Below, piece after piece: positions 21,593 through 34,804 of a DNA stretch of 64,000 bases. Both the position numbers and the translations under genes were made by a program. The stretch lies in the NCBI RefSeq assembly GCF_009914755.1, contig NC_060931.1; one strand, written 5' to 3'. A model generated the notes under the pieces. That model was not told the DNA's origin. It worked only from the letters and a program-made list of their open reading frames with translations, and searched no databases. Source of the stretch: the human T2T-CHM13v2.0 reference genome, Homo sapiens. How positions within the stretch are numbered: the stretch's first letter is position 1; each line of letters opens with the position of its first letter.

Positions 21593-22618
21593 TGAAAGCC
21601 CCACCTGTATTTTGGGGTTTGAGGAGATACCCTGTCACCTGGTTTCGTTGTAAGTTTTTTGACATGTTTTTGATTTCGCTATTTAGTTGCTATGTTTATT
21701 TTTATGTGAAATTCTAGAAGATCCAAAAAGTATGCTGCCACTACCACTGTCATCTTCTCAGTTATAATAAAATATAAATTAAGCATAAATAAGGGAAAAA
21801 GTAAGGGCGGTATACAATGAAATCACAGTAGTAAATGGTGTACTACTATAAAGTGATTCCCAGCAAATAATAAATTCACGGGAGAGTGAATAACAACAAA
21901 CACAAAAAATAAAGTAAATTCACAGCAGACTTGGTTAATATATAGTTATTTTATAGTAAAGTCAAGCTATTTAGATATATTCATGGAATTATTTAAACCT
22001 GTAGTTTTTAAATGGTGAAATGTAAATAGGGCTTGTTCCTTTCTTCTCTCATTACATCCTCCCCTGACTTTCCCAATACAATTTTCTCCTCATCTTGTTT
22101 ACATAGAAACACAGAGCTCAGGGAAAAAGTAAAATGATTTTGGTAATCAAGTATCCACCAGAGAGTGTGTTCAGTGAGCCCACGTTAGCGCTCATGTGTC
22201 ATGGTCTCTAAGGAACAATTTCAAAAGCTTGACCTAGACTTTTTCAAGCTAGGAACAGTTGACAGCAAATTCTAATCCAGGTTATAAAAAATGGTAAACA
22301 TTATTCACTCTTTATATTATCCCCCCCAAATTTATACTGTTGTACATTAAAGTGGTTTGTTGAGGTCCTGCTTTGTGCTAAAGTCTGTGTGCTGTGTGCA
22401 GGGGATACAGCAGTGACAAAAGGGATTCTGATCTCTCTGGGATATGACTTATTTCCAGAGATGTTAGGTGTGTCAGTCTTGGCATCGCTACAGATCAGTT
22501 ATTGTGATGCAAAAATGTTTTTACAATCACATCAACTTAATTCTTAAAACTTGATTTTTAAAAACTTCCCCTAAAGACACGCAAGCAAACACTTGAAACT
22601 ATGCTAGCCCCCAAGGCT

Positions 22619-24069
22619 AAGACAGGTGATTAATCTGGAGTTGTGGTTTCACCACCTTTCACTATCGTCTGTCCTTTCCCTTGCACGCTTGTTTGTTATT
22701 TCTTGTGAAATTTTAAGTGAATGCCAATTTATAGTGGAGCCTGGTAATGACATAAAAATCAAAACAGCAAGGCTTATTTCAGATTAAGTTACTGGAAGCA
22801 AAATACATACAATGCAAAGATTAATGTATTTTAAGTGTACTTGCTGTTTAAATAAATACCATTATAAATCCTCTTGTCAGTAAGTCTTTTATGTAAAACA
22901 AAGAATCACTTGTTAATTTATCTTTTCTGTAAATTAAGAACTTTATGTATTAGGTTTGCTTTAAGGGAGGAAATCCAGTACCTGGACAGTTGCTAAATAG
23001 GTCATACTCCATCAGGTGATCTGTGTATCAATGCATCCTCTGTTATTTATAAAACAACATGTGCCATCTGGGTTTTATTTCCTCCTTGTTTGTTGCCTTT
23101 TGCCACCAGACCATAAACCTTTTGAATGCGGAGACTATCTTGTATGTATCTGTATCCCCATTAAATGCTTACTAAAGAATGATAGTGATATTTGTGAAAT
23201 AATGAGAGAAAGACCGCCCCCATAAATTTTTCCTATTTCCGGATCATAATTAAATTTTGGTGGCTGTGTTAATTCAATCAGTTAGCTACTATATGTGCTG
23301 AGATCTGGGAAGACTAAAAAGACCATAATAGTCTGTACCTTTGAGAAGTTTATAATCTCATTAGAAAGATAAAAATGCACACATAAAATGTAAATAAAAA
23401 TTGCCATATTATTATTTAGATGTCAAATAGAGTTTATATATTATATTACAGTCTTTATAAATATACTTTGGCTTTATTTATAAAGTTGGTTCTTTTCTTT
23501 TTCCTGAGTGAATATCAATTGTTTTTTATGCCTTTTCCCCCTTTTTCTTCCCACATATTTGTCAATCTCTAGTACCAAAGAGAATTATTATAGATGTTTT
23601 AATCATCTGACATTTTTAACATCAATGCAATTTTCTAATGACATTTCTTACCTAGGAAAGAGATTCTATACACAGACAGCACGAGGCAGCCCGGCAAGCT
23701 CTAATGGGAAGGATACGCCCTGATCACACACTCCTATTTCAAAGGTAGCAATTTATCACATGAGCAACTTTAGATTGATTTCCTAGTGTTCAAATAGATC
23801 AAATGAATCCTAAATCGTGAACATAAACAGAGACCTCTGTCCTAAAATGGACCCAGTGTTTCAGCAGTAAAAGCAGTTCTAGAAGTTGTATTTCCTTTTC
23901 ATTTGTATACATTTTTAAAAGGCACAATATGCTCATAGCTACTAGAAACTGATGATTTTTTGAAGATTGCAAAGAATATTTCTTTGCAAGAAGAAGACGG
24001 GTGATTAATCTGGAGTTGTGGCTTCACCACCTTTAACTATCGTCTATCCTTTCCCTTGCATGATTGTTT
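22619..24069 (+). repeat. 76-bp dispersed direct repeat (22619-22694 and 23994-24069)
   Basis: Manual alignment: 70/76 identical, no gaps. Confidence 0.92.
23656..23744 (+). CDS. LRGUK: LRGUK internal coding exon (4th from last), 89 nt, ERDSIHRQHEAARQALMGRIRPDHTLLFQ(R)
   Basis: Acceptor ttcttacctag|GAA and donor AAG|gtagca; phase 0 to 2; splices in frame to the next three exons; peptide matches my recollection of the human LRGUK C-terminal region. Confidence 0.93.
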
Positions 24070-25050
24070 CGGTTCTTTTTATTGTTTGTAATTTTAAGTT
24101 ATCTATTGAGAATCTTTAATCAATATAAATAAAATTACATTTTTGTTCACTTGTTTGCTGCCATGTCAAAACAGAGTGATTAATTTTCTTCATGTTGGTA
24201 GGCTATCTTTGGATAGTCAGATTCAAAAGACAGGCTGTGTGATATATGCAAATTTGTATGGGAGGTTGGGAGGATGGTGGCCAGGAGTGAGACACTGTCC
24301 CCCAGAGCAGCTGAAGCTGGGCCTAGGTGACCACTGCCCAGCAGAATGCCAGGCCTGTTCGAACACTCTGGACAGAGAAACTATGCAGTTTTAAATATGA
24401 GTTCCAAATGGGTCATCACAAAGGCAGATAGATGCTTTGAATTTGCCTGCATTTATATGCAACTGGGCTGCCTTGCACATAGCAACTCTAGCAAGTCTGA
24501 AGAACAGCAGGGTTTATTCACGAAAAATGGCTAATGATTCTTTTTCTTTCAAGTCAGTCTGAGGGAACAGACTTGCATACAGCACATATGAATAGATGAA
24601 AAAGGATATTTTATGCTAGAGTTTAGTTGAACGTATAATGGTAGAATTTTTAGAAATATTTTACTTGGATACCATTTCAAAGCATTAGATTATAAATAAA
24701 GTTGGAAAACACCTATTTTTAACTTTTATAGCAGTTGATATATTGCTAGCCCTTGCATAACAAATGGACTAGGGAATCTCCAGGAAGATAATTTGCCTAT
24801 ATTAGTACTTTAATGGCTATGGAATATTCACAGCAATGAATATTTACTTAACCTTCAAATTAGAATGTAATGATGCCAATGACTTAGACAAGCTCTGATG
24901 TGCATGTTTCTGAGTGGATATATTACATTATTTCACATAGATCTCATTGGCATTTGCGTTTATCTGGGATATTTAGGTATACATGTGTGTACACTTGGTA
25001 TCTTTACAAAATCCTTTGGTTTTTTTTTTTTTTTAAATTTCCCATTCCAG

Positions 25051-25176
25051 GGGTCCAGTACCAGCACCTCTCACCAGTGGTCTACACTATTATACAACTT
25101 TAGAAGAACTCTGGAAAAGTTTTGATCTTTGTGAAGACTATTTTAAACCTCCATTTGGACCATATCCTGAAAAGAG
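25051..25176 (+). CDS. LRGUK: LRGUK internal coding exon, 126 nt, (R)GPVPAPLTSGLHYYTTLEELWKSFDLCEDYFKPPFGPYPEK(S)
   Basis: T-tract plus cccattccag| acceptor, GAG|gtgagt donor; symmetric phase 2-2; open in the frame set by the previous exon. Confidence 0.94.
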
Positions 25177-25297
25177 GTGAGTTGAGGTGTTTTGTTGGAT
25201 GGAATTGGCTATTTTCTGCTGGTTAGTTAAAATTATGGTACTCATCTCTAAGCTTCAGAGAAATCCTAAAACTGGGAAGCAGGGCCCTAACTCCCGC

Positions 25298-25715
25298 TGT
25301 AGAATTTGAAGGGAGTAGACCCTGCCCCTCTATGGAGGGCCCAGGCATATAACCTAGGTTCACCATTGGAAGCTTTTATCTGGGACCTTGAATCTTGAGG
25401 GAGTGATAGAAAGACACAGGGGCAGTTAGAGGCTATTCAAGTCACCAGCAGCAGAAGAACCGAGATTTCAGAGGAAGAGCACAGACATCCATTGTGGTAA
25501 GGCAGGCAATGATGTTCTGCTAATCTCTTCCTGTACTGTGATTCGGCTGTGTTCTTGGTTCCTAGCTTACCTTTGTTCCCGCCTCATTTTAAGGCCAGGT
25601 TCTCTAGTTTCCATTAATTTCATAAAGTACCCCATAGCCTTCCACTAATTCCCTTTTTAATATTCACCTTGGCCAAAGAGTGTCTGTATTTGCAACCAAC
25701 CATTCTGATTAGTAT
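25298..25715 (+). mobile_element. ERVL solo LTR, LTR33-like
   Basis: ttgaatcttgagggagtga...ctgtgattcggctgtgttcttgg...tttgcaaccaa pattern. Confidence 0.55.
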
Positions 25716-27182
25716 GACGCTGTATTTCAAAATGTTTACCAATGGAAGTGCAATACATAAAAGGCCATTTCAGGGTCTCAGTGTTTAATATGTCATAGTG
25801 TGGCTCAAAAGCTGAAAATGTTTACGCTGAGGGTCCCATATAGACCACAACAGAGCCTCCATTGCTGATTGTAGCACTGTGCTTTTGAGAACATTCTACT
25901 ACATTTTGTTTCTCCTTCAGTTGCTCCTGTCACTGCAGCTGACCATCTCGCTGTAGGTCTTGAAAACAAATTTACACAAAGATCTGGCTGGTTGGGTCAA
26001 TTGCCATCTACTACGGGGTGCCTCTCTTGGGTAGAGATCTCTAACCAGGGCCCTCATAGGTTGCTGGCTGGTCTATAGATTGGCTGTCCCTATGTCAGGC
26101 ACCTATCCTTTAGCCAGTATTCTGTGGTCAGACCAGTGACAGCGAACCAAGTGGAAAACTCTTCAGAAGGGGGCTGTGGGTATGGCAGTCTCTGTGGAGC
26201 ATCCAAACGCATGGCAATGTAATGGACATACAAAGTGACCGGAAGAAAGCTCACCAAAATGTGAACAGTGGCTATTTCTCTAGAATTACCAGTTATTTTA
26301 TTTTTCTTCTTTATCCTTTTTTCCTGTAACACCTAAATTATTTGCACAGGGATATATATTTTATTTCTGTATCCTAAAAAACTATTAAAAATCCCTAAGA
26401 ATTTAATGAAATATTCAATAAATGAGAAAGTAAAAGGATTTACACCAAAATATTATGTTATTATCTTCTAGTGATAAGATTATGGCCAGTTTTTGTTTTT
26501 TTGTTCACCCCCCGTATTTTCAACAATGAGCATTTTTATAATTTTTGAAGCATTAGCATAACTTTACAAAGTTATTTTAGAAGTCTGTCACAGCAAAGGG
26601 ATATTTTATGATGGTGATATATCATAATGAGAATGAAAACTTTTAAAATGAGCAATGCTTTCCTTTATTTCTGAGTTTTATTGTTCTGACACTTGGGATT
26701 TCCTTCCATAATTTTGATGATGAAAAATAGCTGTCCCCTCTAAATGGTCCCCTCTCAGTCTGCATGTTTCACTAGAGATTAGAGACCCTAGCATTATAAT
26801 TAGTTAATTAGCTTTCTGTAACCGTGTTGAAACTGTGATCTCTGAGGATTTGTTTGAGCTCTGAATTGTTAGTACAGTGAGGTAGGCAGATGGGAATACA
26901 GCAAAAAAGAGAAAACAAAATGGCCTAATGGGCTGCAGTAGGTTTACACGTCATCTCTTCCCATGGTAAAAGGGGTCAGGCCTGTGGCTCAAGTCTCACA
27001 CTTCACCCGTGGTCATGCATATGTCTTTTAACTCCACCACATTCTTTCTTCAGACTTTCAATGAGTATTCATTTAATACTTTGACACAAAGGAAAAATAA
27101 TTGTTGAAAGACAGAACTTGCTCTGTGATGCCTTTTTTGATGTGTGTCTTATATGCAGACATATTATTTCCCAAAACATATG

Positions 27183-27645
27183 TGTTATGGTTTGAGCTGT
27201 CCCCCATTCCCCCAATTTCATATGTTGGAGTCCTGACCCCCAGGATCTCAGAATGTGACCTTATTTGGAAATAGGGTCACTGCAGATGTAATTTGTTAAG
27301 ATGAGGTCATATTGGAGTAGGGTGGGCTCCTAAGCCAATAAGGCTGTCCTTGTAAAAAGGAGAAATTTGGACACAGGCACACACATAGGGAGAATACCTT
27401 GTGATGAAGACTCAGATTGGGGTGATGGGGCAGAAGACAAGGAGCACCAAAGCTTGCCAGCAAACCACCGGAAGTGATGAGAGAGGCCCGGAACAATTCT
27501 CCCTCACAGACCCTGGAAGGAATCAGCCCTGCTGACACCTTGATTTTGGACTTTAGGCCTCCATAACTGTGAGACAATCAATTTCCATTGTTTAAGCCCC
27601 TCAGTTCATGGTATCTTGTTATGGCAGCCGGAGCAAACTAATACG
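27183..27645 (+). mobile_element. MLT1C-like MaLR solo LTR
   Basis: tgttatgg...cagaatgtgaccttatttggaaataggg...gcaaactaatac. Confidence 0.88.
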
Positions 27646-28151
27646 ACCTGTATAAAAATCCAGTGAAATTTTTCTTTTCACATTCTTTCTGTGTTCCCTT
27701 TAACATGCTACATAGTTATATGCTATGTATGTATTTAATTTATATGTTATACATATAAGCTACTATCGTATGCACTATATCTTTATCACTTTGGGTTATT
27801 GCATTTTTCGCTAAAAGATGGAAGAACATCTTTATGCATCTATCATTTGATAAAAAGCTCTATCCCATAAAACATAAATGCATCTACTGCTATATTTAGG
27901 GCAAAAGACTCAGTCTAGGTATAAATCTAAAGAGAAGATCCCATGCATAGGTTAATAATGACACTTTCCCAATGCAGGAAGTAGAGGAGAGATTTGTCTG
28001 GTGACTGGAAGAGCCAGATGTTGGCAATATTGGTCTCAGTTTACTCTTCTCTAGCAAGTGCTTCTTGGGCAAGCTCAGTAAACCTAGGTGGGAGCAAGAG
28101 ATTGGGAAACAAGGTCTCCTAGGAGACTTTGCTCTGTATAAAGGGAGCCTA

Positions 28152-28481
28152 GGCCTGGTGCAGTGGCTCACACCTCTAATTCCAGTACTTTGGGAAGGCA
28201 AGGTAGAAGGATTGGATCATTTGAGCCCAGGAGTTCAAGACCAGCCTCGGCAACATAGTGAGACTCTGTTTATACCAAAAAAAAAAAAGTAGCTGGGAAT
28301 GGTGGTGTGTGCCTGTCGTCTCAGCTACTCAGGAGGCTGAGGTGGGAGGATGGCTTGAACACAAGAGGTTAAAGCTGCAGTGAGCCATGATTGCACCATT
28401 GCATTCCAGCCTGAGTGACAGACCCTGTCTCAAATAGATAATTAAATTAAATTAAATTAAATTAAATTAAATTAAATTAAA
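28152..28481 (+). mobile_element. AluJ with (ATTAA)n tail
   Basis: tttgagcccaggagttc and catagtgagac J-type diagnostics; TSD aaaggga(g)ccta. Confidence 0.9.
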
Positions 28482-29631
28482 GGGACCTAACATTCTGGCA
28501 TAGAATTCCAAAAGCTGTCGTCCAACAAAAAGAAGACAGTCCCAAGAACTCAGCCCAAGATGGTAAGATGGACCTCCTCCTTGGAGCAAGCAATTAGACT
28601 TCTCTGCCACTTGATAACAAGTAACTGACACTTCTAAGCAGAATCCTTAGGGTGCAGAGAGAGTGCCCCATCCCAGAATACCTCTATCTGGGAATGTTGG
28701 TGCCATGTAGCCCTAGCTGTAGTTGACAGACATCTGAGGTCCAAGTAGTAGGCAGGTGCCTATGCCCAGCAGCACATGGGCTTTCCAGGAGAGCTGGGTT
28801 TGGATTCCCAAGTGCACCAGTGCTGTGGCCTCTGCTTGCCATTCAAACATAATACAGACAATGTGAGTGCTGCACATTAGCTGTGTCACCCTCAGTATGC
28901 CTATATCACCCCATTCCCTTACCTCCTGGGTCAAGGACAGGCCCAGATGATAGCTAATTGCACTATGTTTTTCAATACTAGAGCCCTGAACTCCTGGGGA
29001 TATCTCATTAAGACTGGCTCCTACCCTTTTAATCTCTGCCACAGTCAATATCATCCTAGTAAACATAGATGCCTTCATTTAAATGGCAGGCTTTACCTTG
29101 TATAGACCCAATTGCATCAGCCTTTCCTATTGCCAGGTACGAATCTAAGTTAAATGTGGAGTGTGAACAAGTGGAGTTCAACTTGAACTTGATCCTAGAA
29201 ATGTACTTCTTTGCTGGGATAGGGATCATAACATTGGAACTACAGAAAAGAAAGTATCATCACAGCCACCTACTAGGTTCTGCAGCGGAAAATTACCTAT
29301 GAATTTTTGACGTTTTAATCAACCTTTGGCCAAATCATGAAAAGACAGAACTATGAATACAAAGCTTAATATAATCAACTTTGACAGTGAAAAGCAGACC
29401 CGTAATGACAAAGTTGAGGAGGTAGAGGTGGAGGGTCAATTTTATTAGCTGTTGTTAATGAAAGAAGAAATGTAGTTTTAAAATATGATATATGAAGATG
29501 CAGATCTGACAGATGGAAGAACTGAGAATAGTGATAGAACTATGTAGGGGGAGTGTTATAAAGTGAGTTAAGTTCTTCCGTATCATAGCAGAAATCCTAT
29601 CTATTAAAAGATATGTTTAAAATTGATGTCA

Positions 29632-29955
<324 letters not shown>

Positions 29956-30447
29956 TTAAAATGTTAATGATAAATTTTTGGAGAGTTGAGAAAAAGTTTG
30001 TCTAGGTCCAAATCAAATTTAAAAGAAAAACAGCAAGCTTTACACAATACAACAAAAGGGTTAATATTCAATACGTGAAGAGTTCAGACAAATTGGTAAG
30101 AAAAACGGTATGGTCCTCAACAGATAAATGAGCAAAAGACATACACAATTCACAAAAGGAGTGTGGGGAGGAGCTAATGAATAAATATAAAAAATAATGT
30201 TTAATCTTGCTTGTGATTAGACAGCAATTTTAAATAATATGCCACTTTTTGCTTGTTGAATTAGCAAAACTGATTTTTTAAAATTATTTTTTAAATGGTG
30301 CAAACAGAAAGATACTGCTGGAGAGCCCAGATTTTGTTGGAAGATAAAATTTCACAATCTTTTGGGGAGCAATTAGGAAGTTTATAGCAAAATCCTAAAT
30401 AATATATTTACTATTGACCTAGTTATCCTGCTTCTGGGAATTGATAC

Positions 30448-30803
30448 TGTCTTAGACCATTCAGGCTGCTATAATAAAATACCATAGACTGCGTAGCTGA
30501 TAGACAACACACATTTATTTCTCCCAGTTCCGGAGGCTGGGAGTTTAAGATCAAGTGCCTGGTCAGGGCCCACTTCCTGGTTTCCAGATGCCATCTTGTG
30601 GCATTGTGTAGATGTGTCCTCTACACAATGGAAGGGGTGAGGGAGCTCTCTGGAGTCTTAAATAAGGGCACTAATCCCACCATGAGGGCCTCACCCTCAT
30701 AACCTAAGCACCTCCTGAAGACCCCGCCTCCTAATGTCATTACCTTGGGGATGAGAATTTCAACATAGGAATTTGTGGGGATGCAAACATTCAGACCCTA
30801 GCA
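30448..30803 (-). mobile_element. MLT1A-like MaLR solo LTR with 5-bp TSD
   Basis: tgtcttag...cattcagaccctagca; TSD gatac at 30443-30447 and 30804-30808. Confidence 0.9.
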
Positions 30804-31321
30804 GATACTAATAAATTAACATGTGGAAAATCATCATATGCAAAGATATTCATTATGACAGAAAAACTTGGAAATAACCTGAATGTCAAAAAATAACAGA
30901 ATGGTCAAATAAAGCATGAAGCATATACTTGATGGACTATTATGCAGCAATTAAAGATCAGGGTTCAGAAAACTGTTGATAACTTAAAATTGTTCACTGA
31001 AAATGTGCACAATTACACAAAACAAAAAGAGCCAAACTGTAAGAGTGGCTTTCTATGTGTGATTTTCCTTTTTCCTTCTAGTTTTCTGTATTTTCTAAAT
31101 TGTCTATAATGCGTATGATTTACTTTTATAATGAGAAGCAATTAGTGAACTTTATTTTTAGGAAATTAATTCAGTGGATAAAGATAAGTCAATCCAAAAC
31201 AATTGAACTGAAGTATGAATGTGTATGGGATATGAGAAGCAGAGTTACAAAGCTAGTGGATCTTGTGTAACACTCAACCACATGCCAGTTTCCGTTCTGG
31301 GAATGTGACATATGTTATCTC

Positions 31322-31322
<1 letters not shown>

Positions 31323-31362
<40 letters not shown>
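31323..31362. repeat. (CA)n microsatellite, probably within a reverse MIR (~31270-31535)
   Basis: About 20 CA units; cattttaaaaatgtgacaactgaggc downstream. Confidence 0.9.
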
Positions 31363-31365
<3 letters not shown>

Positions 31366-32273
31366 TTTATAACTACTACCCGGCGAGAAAAAAATGCTGT
31401 CATTTTCCTCATTTTAAAAATGTGACAACTGAGGCAAGTTAATTAGTCGGTAAAAGGACTTGAAGCTATCAAGTCTCAGAGCTGAGGTCTGAACCAAAGC
31501 CAAAAGGCTCGAATCTTTGTGCTAAGCCACTTGGCTACAGTCTACAAGACTTAGAATTTAACTGAAGGAAGAAGACATGTATAGAGAAACACCAATGACA
31601 CAGGCACGTCTGTGATGAATGAAAGACAATTAGTTCAGACATATTTTTTGTCTGACTTTCATTATTTTCTACCAGAGGTTTCTTTTTTCTTCCCAAACTA
31701 CCTCTTATTTGCTAAAGCTCCCCAAGATATGCCAGCATCTCCGACATAATTCACATTCTCTGTGGCTTTCTAAAGAAAAATTATTAAACTTTTAAAAATG
31801 GGAAGGTCCTATATTTGCATTTCAACTCTATGTCTGAGGGGTTCGCCTACATTTATACCTGTTTTATTTTCTTTTTTGACACTTGCTGTTAACTAGAAAT
31901 CTTTCCGTGTGTGCATGGGGGATGAGGGGATCTTTTTGCTTGGTCTCAGCATGATTCCTTGCCGAGGTCCTACCAATATCTGAGGGCATCCAGTGATGAG
32001 ACAGCTGGGGAGGTCAAGAGCACGGTCTATAAATACTTCAATCAGCCACCATCTGGTCCTGGAGTCATTGGCTGGTGAGATCCAGAAACATGGGCCAAAA
32101 CAAGCCCCCTGTCGCCTGTGTCAAAAGAGACACACATCACTTGGGTTATGGCGCCCTCTTCCCAAGCCATAGTGGTATAAAACTCCAGGCCTCATGCTTC
32201 CCTGCTCCTGCCTTTTCAGTAGTTGAATTATCCTATTCCCACCCCCGAACCTTCCCTTAAAAAGTCTACTCCT

Positions 32274-32601
<328 letters not shown>

Positions 32602-32739
32602 TTAGTTTTCCAAGCCAGCATCTTTCTATCATTCCTGAAGTTTACTTTGACTGAGAAGCATTCCAGAACCATTAAGTTGGAGAAGAGAAGCCTGTCTCCC
32701 AGTGAGGCCCTTCAGATGTCACAACGGTCCCTCTGCTGA

Positions 32740-33045
32740 GAGCATTCTCCTTCCTCCCCTCCAGTTTCAACCTCCACCCCACCTTCCCCCTTTTCTAGCT
32801 AATTCATCCCTCATGTCTTAACTAAAATGGCACTTCCTCAAGGAGAGCTGTCCTGGTATGCCTAATATATCATCTTATAGCATTTGTGTTTTCCTTCATA
32901 TCTCAGTTTTTGTAAAGCACGTGTGTGATTAGATACACCTCCCAGTCTGTAAGCCGAACAGGGCAGGTCCAGATCTTGTGTTCACTGCTATATCTCCTGA
33001 ACCTCCTCAGTGTTAGAATTGAGAATGACTTGATAAATGAGTGAC
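32740..33045 (+). mobile_element. L2 3' fragment
   Basis: ctgtaagcc...agggcagg...tcttgtgttcactgctatatctcc. Confidence 0.6.
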
Positions 33046-33621
33046 AGAAAAGGGTTAAGAGTGTAAACAATCTTTGGGGTCCCAAGGTGGGAGATGGGGA
33101 CTGCACTGGTCAGGGAGAGGGGAGAGGATCGTGTCCACCTTTCTGTCAGGTGGAATCAAAGCTGTCCCCCTTGCTGAGTCAGGGACTACTCATGGCATGA
33201 CTTCCATGTTTAGTGAGGAAATTTCACTCAGTAAATTTCTCCTGCCTTCTTGCTTAGGCCTGAAATCTGCCATGAGAGCTGCATTCTTTTAAGACGTTGG
33301 CCCTCATTAAAAGGCAAGATTTATCCAAAACGTAATGGCTTAAATATCAGCCATTTTCGTGTGATCAATTTCAGATTCTCCAATGACAGCAAATATGGTG
33401 GGGATGAGGCACAGTGGTAGAAGTGCCTGTAAACAAGGTTCAGCTGCTTGCCAGGGCTTTGCAGGATGAGCTCCCCTGGTAGAGCTGCCTCCCTGGAAGG
33501 CAGTGAAGAAACAGGTGAATCCCAAAGGAGAGGAACCTGGCGGTAGGAAGTGTTTGGGCTCAGAGGCAGGGATTTCAGATGCCCAATCATACCTGAACAT
33601 TATCCTAAAAATGGAAATGAG

Positions 33622-33945
<324 letters not shown>

Positions 33946-34354
33946 CTATGCCCAGTGTGAGGTCCAGATCAGGCCACCTACCATGGTTTTGTTTCTCTAT
34001 CCTTGAAATAGCACTGATTCTAAAATCCTGGAGATTAGGATCTGCGCCTTATCTTGTTTTATACTCCAACACTTATCATGATGTCTTGCTCTTAGTAAAT
34101 ACTCAGCCATGTCTTGTATAATGGATGAGACATTTATGCTAATGTGTACAGTACCTATTATACTTTAAGAGATGTCAGCTTCTATATAGCACCTTCTATA
34201 GACACTGTTGAACACTAGCTCAACACAAGACATGTCCACTAACTACTGTGAACTTGATAAAGGTAACCCAGTGAAGTCATAGGCATAGATCGTGTGGCCA
34301 TTAGTAGCGAATAGTTTGGATCTCAAAAAGATCTTTGGTTTTTCATTTTTTCAG

Positions 34355-34503
34355 TGGGAAGGATTCCTTGGTTTCCATGAAATGTTCATTGTTTCGGTTC
34401 TGTCCGTGGTCAAAAGAATTGCCTTTCCAGCCTCCGGAGGGGAGCATTTCTTCACACCTAGGATCAGGAGCCAGTGACAGTGAGACCGAAGAGACCCGGA
34501 AAG
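34355..34503 (+). CDS. LRGUK: LRGUK penultimate coding exon, 149 nt, (S)[49 protein letters not shown]
   Basis: Acceptor tttcattttttcag|, donor AAG|gtatga; phase 2 to 1; in frame with neighbours. Confidence 0.94.
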
Positions 34504-34513
34504 GTATGAGTTA

Positions 34514-34804
34514 GGCCAAGCGCGGTGGCTCATGCCTGTAATCCCAGCACTTTGGGAGGCCGAGGCGAATGGATCTCCTGACGTCAGGAGTTCGAGACCA
34601 GCCTGGCCAAAATTGTGAAACCCCATCTCTACTAAAAATACAAAAAATTGGCCAGGTGTGGTGGTGGGCACCTGTAGTCCCAGCTACTCGGGAGGCTGAG
34701 GCAAGAGAATTGCTTGAACCCAGGAGGCGGAGGTTGCAGGGAGCCGAGATCACACTACTGCACTCCTGGGTAACAAGAGCAAAACTCCATCTCAAAAAAA
34801 AAAA
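34514..34804 (+). mobile_element. AluS inserted 10 nt into the last LRGUK intron
   Basis: Alu dimer; TSD aaaggtatgagtt (34500-34512) and aaaggtatgcgtt (34802-34814). Confidence 0.95.

Noticed and set aside
23645-23660. Exon acceptor also reads as a consensus donor (TAG|gtaaga) on the minus strand
   Set aside because: Follows from the CCTAGG palindrome plus a pyrimidine tract; I found no matching antisense acceptor
32146-32166. Partial CTCF-like motif (also ~52229-52245)
   Set aside because: Only the AGAGGGCRC half matches; too weak without ChIP data
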